Positions 53,691 through 62,543 of a stretch of 64,000 bases of DNA are shown piece after piece; the stretch's first letter is position 1; the number at the start of each line of letters is the position of its first letter. The notes below the pieces were generated by a model. It had not been told where the DNA came from and made no database searches. It worked only from the letters and a program-made list of their open reading frames with translations. The translations under genes and the position numbers were made by a program. The DNA comes from Paratractidigestivibacter sp. (GTDB lineage: Bacteria; Bacteroidota; Bacteroidia; Bacteroidales; Bacteroidaceae), in contig CAVKHS010000004.1 in NCBI GenBank assembly GCA_963656095.1, forward strand, positions 4,931 to 68,930, written 5' to 3'.

Positions 53691-55256
53691 CTATTTAGTA
53701 GTGGAAGAGGTGCCGCTGGAGGCGGCATTAGGGTCGAACTCGGTGTTGGGCAACGGCAGCACATACTGAGCTTCCTTCATCGGTGCAGTGCCGAAGAGCA
53801 TCCATGTCACGCCCCAACGCTTATAGGCATAGAAAGTTTGACCCTCGCCATAGAACTCGCGGGTGTATTCATATTCGAGTTCCTCTTTGATGGCATTGAG
53901 ACTCTTGAAGTCGTCGGTGATGTTGACATTGTGCGACTGCATGTAGGTCTTGTACAGACTGTTGGCCTGTGCGAGATCGTCGGTGCTCTCGATGGCGATG
54001 AGATAGAGCTCGGAAAGACGCAGCATCGGCATGAGCTGAACCTTGGTCAACAGCGTGTTGTAGCGCGCGGATGTGTTGTAGTATGCCGTGTTGTAGAAGT
54101 ATTTCGTCAGAGTCGGCACCTTCTTGCCCGAAGCGTTGTGGGCGTCGTGGTTCCAAACATAGAGATAACGGTTGTCGCTGGTGGTGTTGCGGCCGTTGTA
54201 GAGCTGCTTGTCGAGCATGTTGGTTGTGATATGCAGCGAGGAGCCCTCGTCGACGGCCAAGCCTCCGTTGCCCAACAGCGAGAATGCGTAATTAGAGAGC
54301 TTGCGGTTGCTCAGGGCGAAGACGCACTCGTCGGGCAGGGTCGCATAGGAGGTCAGCGAGCCATCGACAGTGATGCCGAGATCCTTGTTGCCGGCAAGCG
54401 TCATGAACGGCTGACCGTTGACCTGGGCGTTGATCACTGCCATGGCATCGTTGTAGGCCTGCTGGCGGTTGCCGACGTAGAGGTCGAGGCGGGCGAGGAC
54501 ACCTTTCACCGCATAGTAGTTGAGCCGGAACTGACGGTAGGTCATGAAGTCGTCGTCGAGTTTGGCAGCGTCGGTGCCTTGTTGGTTGAGGGCATCGATG
54601 CTGTATTTGGTGATAGGATCAGAGAGCTTCAGCAGGCTGTCGGCCTTGTCAAGATCGCGGTAGAGCATCTTAACATAGCTATTGAAGTCGTACCAGGCTG
54701 CCAACTCATGGATGTCGGACTTGGTGGCGTAGGGCAACTTGACGGCCGTGCCCTGCTGCTGTGGCATCTGTCCGAAGAGACGCAGCACGTCGAACTGGCA
54801 GTAAGCGCGCAGGGCGAGTGCCTCTCCCTCCATGACGTTGCGGGCATCGGGATCGGTGATGGCACCGTTGTCGATATGTTGCAGAATCTTGTTGGCCTGA
54901 GCCGTGACATTGAAGAGCCCGCCATAGATCGCTTTGATTGCACTCTCTGCGTCGGGCGTAGTATAGAAGTGGCTGTGGAAAGCATACGCTTCGGGCATCT
55001 GAGTCTGGTTGGGTGCGTCCCACAAACAAGCCAGACACTCCACGTCGGTCATGGTCAGCCGTTCGCCATAGAGGTCTGTTCCCGCCATCGTGCTGTAACA
55101 TCCGGCAAGTGCGTCCTTGAAACCCTGATAGGAAGTGAAGAGGTCTTTCTCCCGATCCTCAGTCTCCGGCTTCACATCGAGCCAGTCAGAGCAAGAACCC
55201 AAGAGTGTTGCCAAGGCGAGAAACAACAGGGACCAATGAAAATATCTTGTGTTCAT
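53691..55256 (-). CDS. RagB/SusD family nutrient-binding outer-membrane lipoprotein
   Basis: Lipobox ...LLGSCSDWLDVKPE (typical SusD N-terminus), TPR-like helical body, 521 aa, directly downstream of SusC. Confidence 0.9.
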   Translation of the reverse strand: MNTRYFHWSLLFLALATLLGSCSDWLDVKPETEDREKDLFTSYQGFKDALAGCYSTMAGTDLYGERLTMTDVECLACLWDAPNQTQMPEAYAFHSHFYTTPDAESAIKAIYGGLFNVTAQANKILQHIDNGAITDPDARNVMEGEALALRAYCQFDVLRLFGQMPQQQGTAVKLPYATKSDIHELAAWYDFNSYVKMLYRDLDKADSLLKLSDPITKYSIDALNQQGTDAAKLDDDFMTYRQFRLNYYAVKGVLARLDLYVGNRQQAYNDAMAVINAQVNGQPFMTLAGNKDLGITVDGSLTSYATLPDECVFALSNRKLSNYAFSLLGNGGLAVDEGSSLHITTNMLDKQLYNGRNTTSDNRYLYVWNHDAHNASGKKVPTLTKYFYNTAYYNTSARYNTLLTKVQLMPMLRLSELYLIAIESTDDLAQANSLYKTYMQSHNVNITDDFKSLNAIKEELEYEYTREFYGEGQTFYAYKRWGVTWMLFGTAPMKEAQYVLPLPNTEFDPNAASSGTSSTTK

Positions 55257-55296
55257 ATTTATATAATATGGTGTATGGTTCTAAATGGAAAAACGA

Positions 55297-58200
55297 TTAG
55301 AAGGTGAGCGTGACTGTACCCTGCACGTTGCGGGCATAGGGATAGCTGGTGCCTCGCTCATACTTGACCGACGACCAGTAGAACAGATCAGAGGCGTTGA
55401 TGCCAAAGACGAGAGACTCCAGTCCCGTGTGGTGTTGCAGCCAACTGTTGTTCCAACGATATTGCAGGCTGACGCTCTGCAGCTCCAGCACACGGTCGTC
55501 GAAGACATAGCGTGACGTAGCGTGTGGTGTGGTCGTCTCATCGTCGAAGTTGCGGAAGAAAGTCTCGTCGCCGGGATGCATCCAGCGCGAGGAGAGCACA
55601 CGCTCATCGACGTTTTTCGAGCCGATGACGTTCTTGGTCACTTCCACGCGGTCGCGCAGCGTAGAGTTGTAGAGCTTGCCGCCCCAGTGATAGCCGAAGG
55701 AGACGTTGAACGTGAAGTCGTGCCACATCACCATCGTGCGGAAGTTGCCTCGCCACAATGGTTGCGAGGGGCCGAGATAGACTTTGTCGCTTGCGCTCCA
55801 TGTGCTGGTGAGGTTGCCACTACGATCGTAGAACACTTCCTGGCCGGTACTTGGGTCTATGCCAGCTGAGCGTACAGCATAGATGGCATTGAGCGGGCGC
55901 CCCTCGTAGAAGAGATTGCTCACGTCGACATTCTGCGCGAGATACTGCTCGTTTTGGTTTTTGATGGCATCAGAGAGCCTGATGATCTTATTCTTGTTGT
56001 AGACCATCTGTCCGCCCACCATCCAGTTGAGGCGCCGCTTGCTGTCACGGATGATGTAAGCGTTGAGCGATGCCTCGAAACCGTTGTTGCGCATCTTGCC
56101 CACGTTGGCCGTGTACTGCGAGAATCCGCTGCTCAGGGGCAGGTCCATGGCAGAGAGCAGGTTGCTCGTGGTCTTGATATAGTAGTTGAATTCAGCGGTG
56201 ACGCGGTTGTCAAGAACACCAATCTCTGTGCCGATGTTGACTTCCTTGGTTTTCTGCCAGGTCAGAGAGCTGTTGCCCAGTCCCATCATTCGTGCGGCAG
56301 CCCAACTGAGATAGCGGTTGTCGTTGGAGTAGTCGTAGGTGGTGTACACGCTCTCAGTGGTGAAGTTCTGCGTTCCCGTGATACCATAGGAAGCCTTCAG
56401 GCGCAGATTGCTGAAGATATTCTGGTCTTTCATCCACTTCTCACGGTGGATATTCCAGCCGATGCCGGTGCTCCAGAAGGGTGCGAAGCGTTTGTCGCTG
56501 CCGAACTTCGAACTGCCGTCGACACGGTAGCTGAGGTCGATATAGTAGCGGTTGTCGTAGGTGTAGTTGGCGTTGCCCGTGAAGCCTACCAGTCGTGTCT
56601 TGGTGCGGTCGCCCTTGGGATGACTGTCGAGCTGATACTGTGCAGCGTTGGAGATGAGGTTGAGATTGGAGTTGGAGAAACCTTCTGCCGTAAAGCTGTA
56701 GTTGTAGAGCTTCTCGTCACTCATCGAGTAGTCCACGCCGACATAGATCTGATGCTTGTCAGCAAACGTGCGTGAGTAGCTGGCCGTCACGTTGGCACTG
56801 AAGAGGTTGTCGGTTCCGTTGCCGTAAGTGTACAGGCCTTTGCGCAGCTGTCCGCTGGCGGTCTGGTAATCGTCGGAAGTGAAGTAGGAGCTTTCGGCCG
56901 GCAGGAAATAGTCGGAGCTGCTGCGGTTGGTGGTCACACCGAGCTTGGCACGCAGTCGCAGTCCTTCCAGGATCTGCCATTCCACAGAGAAGTTGTTGAT
57001 CAACTGCAAGTACTCGCTCTTGTTGATGGTGTTGAGCGAAGCGTCGTAGAGCGGATTGCCGGTGAGATTCTTGCTGTGGTTGTAATCATAGAAAGTCTTG
57101 ACGAGATTACCCTTTTCGTCGTACGGACTGTTGTAGGGCTCCATGTCGACATAGTCCTGGAACGAGCCGTACTTGCTTTCCTTAGCGTGGTTGCTCGTCA
57201 CGCTGGTGTAGTTGCGGAAGATCAGGTTCTTGACGCTGTACATCAGGGTGATGTCGCCATTGAGGTTCTTACGGCTGCTGCCCTTCATGGCTCCTTGTAT
57301 GTCGTTGTAGCCTAAGGAGGCGGCCCAGCGGAAAGCGCCGGCGCCACCGTCGAACCGGATATTGTAGCTCTGACCCACGCCGGTGTGGACGGGCTTGTGG
57401 ATCCAGTCGATGTCTATACCGTTGAGCACCTGTTGCAGACGCTCGTCGTAGTACTCGGCATATCTGAGCTTGTCGTCGAGCTTGTCGGGATCATACAGTC
57501 CGACCGCCTTTTCCAACCGCAGTTTGTCGGCTGCATGAAGAAGGTGATAACTGGAAAGATCTGGTATCTGCAGGCTGATGCCGGCTTTTGCCGTCACACG
57601 GAGACGTCCCTCCTTGGGTTGTTTGGTGACAACGACAATGACACCGTTGGCACCACGTGAACCGTAAATGGCTGTGGCGGCAGCATCTTTCAGGATGTTG
57701 ATGCTCTCGATCTGGTCGTCGTTGTAGTCCATGAGTTTGGTCAGACTGATCTCGAAACCGTCGAGGATGATGAGTGGTGTGTTGACTGTCTGTCCAGCAT
57801 TGGTGTTGAACTCCTCTACGTTCATTGGTAGGGTAGAGGTGCCACGGATGTCAAGGTTAGGCAAGACATTCGGGTTGCTACCCGCAACATTGTTGATGGG
57901 GAAGTTGAGCGAGGCGTCCACGTTCTTCAGTGTTTGCAGCAGGTTGCTGCCACGGAACATTTCCAGCTTTTCCTTGCCTATGGTAGAGACAGCACCGGTG
58001 TAGCTCTCCTTGGCTTTGCGGAAGATGCCGGTGACGACAACCTCGCCGACTTGCTTGACATCAGATTCCAGTCCGATGTTCATCATCTTGGTCATCTTCA
58101 CGACACGGGTCTTCATGCCTACGTAGCTGATCTGGGCAGACTCACCGCCACGCAACAGGTAGTCGAAGCTGAACGCACCGTTGACATCTGTCACTGTGGC

Positions 58201-58632
58201 GATATTCGTACCGAGAATCCTCACTTGTGCACCGATCACCGGCTCTTTCGTGGCCACGTCATAGACATATCCGCCGACAGACTCCAGCTTACCGGACTTG
58301 GGTTTTTCTGTTTGGTTCTCCGTGTTGTTGACCTTAGAGATGTTGATAAACTTCCCGTCGATCGTATATTTCAGCGGCTTTCCTTTCAACAGAAAGTCCA
58401 CGATAGCCAGGAAGGGCGCGTTGTGTACCGCCCCTCGGACATGGTAAGGCTCCAAGTCTTCGTAGGTGAAGAGGAAACGGTAACTGGAATTCTTCTCCAA
58501 CCGCGCCAGTGCGCTGGGCAGGTCTTCGTTGTTGAACTCCATGGAGAGCCTCACGTCATTCTGCGCGTTTGCTGTCAGCGCTGTCAGCATCAGCAACAGC
58601 GTCAGCAGTAGAGGCAGGACTGTTCTTTTCAT
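55297..58632 (-). CDS. SusC/RagA family TonB-dependent transporter with an N-terminal signalling (STN-like) extension
   Basis: 1111 aa. After the signal peptide comes an NTE (DLPSALARLEKNSSYRFLFTYEDL...), then a carboxypeptidase-regulatory-like domain (GGYVYDVATKEPVIGAQVRILGT), plug, barrel, and a C-terminal ...GTVTLTF. Confidence 0.9.
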   Translation of the reverse strand: MKRTVLPLLLTLLLMLTALTANAQNDVRLSMEFNNEDLPSALARLEKNSSYRFLFTYEDLEPYHVRGAVHNAPFLAIVDFLLKGKPLKYTIDGKFINISKVNNTENQTEKPKSGKLESVGGYVYDVATKEPVIGAQVRILGTNIATVTDVNGAFSFDYLLRGGESAQISYVGMKTRVVKMTKMMNIGLESDVKQVGEVVVTGIFRKAKESYTGAVSTIGKEKLEMFRGSNLLQTLKNVDASLNFPINNVAGSNPNVLPNLDIRGTSTLPMNVEEFNTNAGQTVNTPLIILDGFEISLTKLMDYNDDQIESINILKDAAATAIYGSRGANGVIVVVTKQPKEGRLRVTAKAGISLQIPDLSSYHLLHAADKLRLEKAVGLYDPDKLDDKLRYAEYYDERLQQVLNGIDIDWIHKPVHTGVGQSYNIRFDGGAGAFRWAASLGYNDIQGAMKGSSRKNLNGDITLMYSVKNLIFRNYTSVTSNHAKESKYGSFQDYVDMEPYNSPYDEKGNLVKTFYDYNHSKNLTGNPLYDASLNTINKSEYLQLINNFSVEWQILEGLRLRAKLGVTTNRSSSDYFLPAESSYFTSDDYQTASGQLRKGLYTYGNGTDNLFSANVTASYSRTFADKHQIYVGVDYSMSDEKLYNYSFTAEGFSNSNLNLISNAAQYQLDSHPKGDRTKTRLVGFTGNANYTYDNRYYIDLSYRVDGSSKFGSDKRFAPFWSTGIGWNIHREKWMKDQNIFSNLRLKASYGITGTQNFTTESVYTTYDYSNDNRYLSWAAARMMGLGNSSLTWQKTKEVNIGTEIGVLDNRVTAEFNYYIKTTSNLLSAMDLPLSSGFSQYTANVGKMRNNGFEASLNAYIIRDSKRRLNWMVGGQMVYNKNKIIRLSDAIKNQNEQYLAQNVDVSNLFYEGRPLNAIYAVRSAGIDPSTGQEVFYDRSGNLTSTWSASDKVYLGPSQPLWRGNFRTMVMWHDFTFNVSFGYHWGGKLYNSTLRDRVEVTKNVIGSKNVDERVLSSRWMHPGDETFFRNFDDETTTPHATSRYVFDDRVLELQSVSLQYRWNNSWLQHHTGLESLVFGINASDLFYWSSVKYERGTSYPYARNVQGTVTLTF

Positions 58633-58738
58633 AAGCGATGGTGTTTGGTTACTCTCAGAGTATGATAATGAATGATTATAGCGTGAAATATATTTAATGC
58701 TTGTGTGAATACTATGTCTACTGTGTTTGTAAATGGTG

Positions 58739-58746
58739 CAAAAATA
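58739..58746 (-). promoter_or_regulatory. Candidate -7 promoter box for the Sus-like operon
   Basis: Minus strand reads TATTTTTG, 107 nt upstream of the SusC ATG. Confidence 0.35.
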
Positions 58747-58828
58747 CTAAAAAGAATTCAAAAATACGAATGGTGAGCGATAAAAACAAAAAAGAAGAGA
58801 TTCTTTTTGTTCTTTCGCTTATTTACCG

Positions 58829-58836
58829 TAACTTTG
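58829..58836 (+). promoter_or_regulatory. Candidate -7 promoter box for the nucleotidyltransferase gene
   Basis: TAACTTTG, 48 nt upstream of the ATG at 58884. Confidence 0.45.
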
Positions 58837-58883
58837 CATAGCTTTATATAGTACATTTTCTAACTGATTTAAAAATACACAGT

Positions 58884-59798
58884 ATGAAACCTACATTATT
58901 ACTGCTTGCTGCCGGAATGGGCAGCCGTTACGGTGGTTTGAAACAATTAGACGGTCTGGGTCCAAACGGCGAGACAATCATGGACTACAGTATCTATGAT
59001 GCTATTCAGGCTGGTTTCGGCAAGATCGTCTGGGTGATCCGTAAGGATTTTGAGCAGGACTTCCGCGAGAAGATCCTTTCTAAATATGAGGGACATATCC
59101 CCTGTGAGCTTGTGTTCCAGAGCCTCGACAAGCTTCCTGATGGCTATTCTGTTCCAGAGGGTCGCACGAAACCTTGGGGTACCAACCACGCTGTGATGAT
59201 GGCCAAAGATGTGATCCACGAGCCTTTCTGCGTCATCAACTGCGATGACTTCTACAACCGCGACTGCTTCAAGGTGATTGGTAAGTTTCTCTCAGAACTG
59301 CCGGAAGGTAGCAAAGGCAAGTATGCTATGGTAGGTTTCCGCGTTGGCAACACGTTGAGTGACAACGGCTCTGTCTCTCGTGGCGTCTGCTCGAAGAATG
59401 CAGAGAACCTGCTCACCGGTTGCGTGGAGCGCACAGAGATCGAGCGACAGGCCGATGGCAATGTGGCTTACAAGGACGAGAACGGCAAGTGGGTAGAGAT
59501 TGCTGACACCACACCAGTAAGCATGAACGTGTGGGGCTTCACTCCGGAATACTTTGAGTATAGTGATAAATTTTTCAAGGAGTTCCTCAATGCTCCCGCG
59601 ACAAAGGCTAATCCTAAGGCTGAGTATTTAATTCCTTGGGTGGTGAATAAGCTGATCAATGAGGGTAGGGCTACCTGCGAGGTGCTCGACACCACGAGCA
59701 AGTGGTTTGGTGTTACCTATTCTGCAGACCGTCCGGGTACTGTTGCCCGCATCCAGCAGCTGGTTGACGAGGGCGTATATCCCAACAAGCTCTTCTAA
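58884..59798 (+). CDS. Sugar-phosphate nucleotidyltransferase family protein
   Basis: N-terminal LLLLAAGMGSRYGG nucleotide-binding loop and the GT-A-like NTP-transferase fold pattern; 304 aa. Substrate unknown. Confidence 0.72.
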   Translation: MKPTLLLLAAGMGSRYGGLKQLDGLGPNGETIMDYSIYDAIQAGFGKIVWVIRKDFEQDFREKILSKYEGHIPCELVFQSLDKLPDGYSVPEGRTKPWGTNHAVMMAKDVIHEPFCVINCDDFYNRDCFKVIGKFLSELPEGSKGKYAMVGFRVGNTLSDNGSVSRGVCSKNAENLLTGCVERTEIERQADGNVAYKDENGKWVEIADTTPVSMNVWGFTPEYFEYSDKFFKEFLNAPATKANPKAEYLIPWVVNKLINEGRATCEVLDTTSKWFGVTYSADRPGTVARIQQLVDEGVYPNKLF

Positions 59799-59917
59799 TC
59801 GGCCAACAAGTTTTACTGATAGAAATTCTTGGAACTGTACGACTGGATTTTGCCACATTCGGACTTCGGGAAGTTGTCCCGTGCGTTCGGTAGAATGATT
59901 AGGTTCGCCAAAAAACA

Positions 59918-60018
59918 TTGACTAAAGATAGTCAAACGTTCGTTTGACTAATTGGCTGACGAACATTTGACCAATTGTTCGACGGTCGTTATACAAATGG
60001 CTGACGACTGTTTGACCA
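59918..60018. promoter_or_regulatory. Cluster of TTGAC(T/C)A half-sites and two 21-nt direct repeats (operator- or iteron-like)
   Basis: Three repeat features lie here. ttgacta-aaga-tagtcaa is at 59918-59935. gtcaaacg-tt-cgtttgac overlaps it. tggctgacgaacatttgacca (59953-59973) repeats as tggctgacgactgtttgacca (59998-60018). Confidence 0.45.
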
Positions 60019-60160
60019 TCTTGTGAATGACGTTTTTTAACGAAATGATGCCGTCTTAGTCGATGGGAAACACGCTATCATAGCAGTTTCCATTCGTATA
60101 GGTCGAAATCTTTCTTTGCTGAAGAGCTGAATCTTCTCGGTCCTTTAGCAATCAAACAAT

Positions 60161-60195
60161 AAAGCCCCGGATGACATCTGATCATCCGGGGCTTT
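60161..60195. terminator. Bidirectional hairpin terminator between convergent genes
   Basis: aaagccccggatga-catctga-tcatccggggcttt, a 14-bp perfect stem. Confidence 0.65.
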
Positions 60196-60298
60196 GCATT
60201 ATAGCCATACACCTTATTACTATATAGGGCTGAGCGTTTTCTGTTCTACCGGCCATTTATAAAATAATAGGGGGAGGCATCTTTTCTTTTTTTCCTTT

Positions 60299-61075
60299 TT
60301 ACTTTGATATAATGCCAACCTGCGTAGAGTTCAGGAATTCGATGATACTGCGAACTTGCTCTCCGTCGGGCACCTGGTCGCGTATCTGCAGCGCAGCATC
60401 GAAGACGCTCACTTTGCCATTGAAGACAAGACGGTAGGCATTGGCCACATGTTTGCGGATGCGCTCGTCGATATGCCAAGTCTCCATCATGGTATTGTTG
60501 GGTCCCGCATATTCTATTGGGTTACCGCCTGCGATGACGTATGGCGGTACGTCTTTGGAGAAGCGGGTACCGGCTTGCAGCATGGCCAGATTGCCGACAC
60601 GCGTGCCGGCATTCTCGATGACCGATGATGAGAAGATGACACCGTCACCAATCTGGCAGTCACCGGCGATCTTTGAGCCATAGCCAAAGACATTGAAGTC
60701 TCCAATCTTAGTGTCGTGGCTGATGTGCACGCCCTCCATGAGCATGTTGTTGTTGCCGATTACCGTCTTGCAGCCTTCGTGCGTGCCACGGTTGATAATC
60801 ACGTTCTCACGAATCACGTTGTTGTCACCGATAACCACCTCGCTGCGCTCACCCTTGAAGGCAAAGTCCTGAGGCAGTGCACCGATGACGGAGCCCTGAT
60901 GCACCTTGTTGTCCTTGCCCAGCTTTGTGCCGTTGAGGATACTCACAAAGGGGGAGATGACACAGTTGTCGCCGATCTCCACATAGTCCTCAATATACAC
61001 GAAGGGGAATATCTTGATATTGTCACCGAGCTTCGCCTTGGGCGATACTACGGCTTTGTCACTGATGTTGTTCAT
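60299..61075 (-). CDS. lpxA: Acyl-ACP--UDP-N-acetylglucosamine O-acyltransferase
   Basis: Left-handed beta-helix hexapeptide repeats throughout and an LpxA-like C-terminal helical domain; 258 aa. Confidence 0.88.
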   Translation of the reverse strand: MNNISDKAVVSPKAKLGDNIKIFPFVYIEDYVEIGDNCVISPFVSILNGTKLGKDNKVHQGSVIGALPQDFAFKGERSEVVIGDNNVIRENVIINRGTHEGCKTVIGNNNMLMEGVHISHDTKIGDFNVFGYGSKIAGDCQIGDGVIFSSSVIENAGTRVGNLAMLQAGTRFSKDVPPYVIAGGNPIEYAGPNNTMMETWHIDERIRKHVANAYRLVFNGKVSVFDAALQIRDQVPDGEQVRSIIEFLNSTQVGIISK

Positions 61076-61129
61076 AATTCAAAATTGGTTATTCGTCATT
61101 GAATCAATTCATCACTCAACACTCAACAC

Positions 61130-62521
61130 TTATTTCGCTCCTCCCCCCAAAGCATAGTAGAGGTTGACGACAGCTTGCATTTTGCTGAAGTCGTCCTGGA
61201 CCTTGCTGAGCTGTGAGTTGAGCAGGTTGCTCTCAGCGGTGATGACTTCAATATAGGTAGATCCTGCGCTGGCCATCAAGTTCTTCGTGTCTTCCACGTT
61301 GCGTTTGAGTACGTCGATGCGTTTCTCTTCCAGTTTGCTCTTAGCGTCAGAGGCATTGTAGAGCACGAGCGCATTGCTGACCTCACTACCGGCAGAGAGT
61401 ACACTGTTCTGCCAGGTATTGTAGGCCTGCTTGTACTGATCCTCGGCGACACGCAGCCCGGCTTTGAGTTGTCCTTTGGCGAAGATGGGCTGTGTGAGCG
61501 AAGCCACGGCAGACCACAGCATCTTACCCGGATTGGTGATGCCCATACCACCGCTGTTGGTAAAAGCGCCGGCGGCACTGATGGTCAGCGACGGATAGAA
61601 GCGCGCACGGGCTGCCTCTATATTATAGAAGCAATTGGCGAGTGCCATCTCGTTGGCGTGGACATCGGCACGGTTGCTGAGCAGCTGAATGCCTACTCCT
61701 GTGGAGAACTTGGTGGGAAGATTCTGGTTGTCGAGATCGCCGCGAGGGATCGCATGAGCCTGCTGACCAAGCAGCAGAGAGAGACTGTTCTCTGTCTCTC
61801 TGATCTGTCTTTTGAGATCTTCCTTCTGTGTCAGTACGCTCAAATAGTTGGCTTCAGAGCTTTGCACAGCTGTTGAGCGCACGCCGGCAACAGACTGATG
61901 CTGGATCTTCATGATCTCCCACGTGTCCCTGGTGAGCTTCTCCATGTCGGTGACAATCTGCAATTGCTTGTCGAGCATCAGCAGTGTGTAGTACATGTTG
62001 GCCACATTAGCGATGAGCTTGGTCTGCACAGCCACCTGATAGTCCTTGGTCTGGAGCATAGAGACCTGAGCGGCACGCTTGGCAGCAGTGAGGTTGCCAA
62101 AGAGGTTGGCATCCCAACTGGCGTTGATCGGCAGCTGATAGGTCTTGGTGGCTTTGTTGTAATCCCATGACGAGATGGTCCCCTGTGGCGTGAACGTGAT
62201 ACCCGGCAAGAAAGCGAGCTTGGCAGCCTTGAGCTGCGCCTCTGCCATGTCTACGTTGAGAGCCGCGTTGAGCAGGTCAGGATTGTTGGTCAGGCATGTG
62301 CTGATGAGCGACTGCAATTGTGGATCTGTGAACACCGAGCGCCACGGGATATTGGCGAAACTGGTGGTGTCGGTCACGGCAAGTGTGTCGGTGTTGCTCA
62401 CCGCGTCGCGAACCAGTCCGGCCGTGTTGACCTGTGGCCGCTCATATTTGCCGTAAAGGCTCTTGCAGCCCGTCATGGCGACGGCTGCAAGACCTGTAAG
62501 TATGAAATGATATATCTTCAT
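61130..62521 (-). CDS. Efflux transporter outer-membrane factor lipoprotein (TolC/NodT family)
   Basis: Lipobox LAAVAMTGC, two TolC-like repeats, 463 aa, 22 nt downstream of the RND permease. Confidence 0.88.
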   Translation of the reverse strand: MKIYHFILTGLAAVAMTGCKSLYGKYERPQVNTAGLVRDAVSNTDTLAVTDTTSFANIPWRSVFTDPQLQSLISTCLTNNPDLLNAALNVDMAEAQLKAAKLAFLPGITFTPQGTISSWDYNKATKTYQLPINASWDANLFGNLTAAKRAAQVSMLQTKDYQVAVQTKLIANVANMYYTLLMLDKQLQIVTDMEKLTRDTWEIMKIQHQSVAGVRSTAVQSSEANYLSVLTQKEDLKRQIRETENSLSLLLGQQAHAIPRGDLDNQNLPTKFSTGVGIQLLSNRADVHANEMALANCFYNIEAARARFYPSLTISAAGAFTNSGGMGITNPGKMLWSAVASLTQPIFAKGQLKAGLRVAEDQYKQAYNTWQNSVLSAGSEVSNALVLYNASDAKSKLEEKRIDVLKRNVEDTKNLMASAGSTYIEVITAESNLLNSQLSKVQDDFSKMQAVVNLYYALGGGAK

Positions 62522-62543
62522 GATATAGAAACTCTACATTGTG

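Noticed and set aside
53586-55307. 573-aa ORF antisense to SusD (and similar antisense ORFs at 49828-50670, 53026-53769 and 55954-56775)
   Set aside because: All lie opposite genes with clear lipobox, TonB-dependent or nuclease signatures. None has a recognisable motif.
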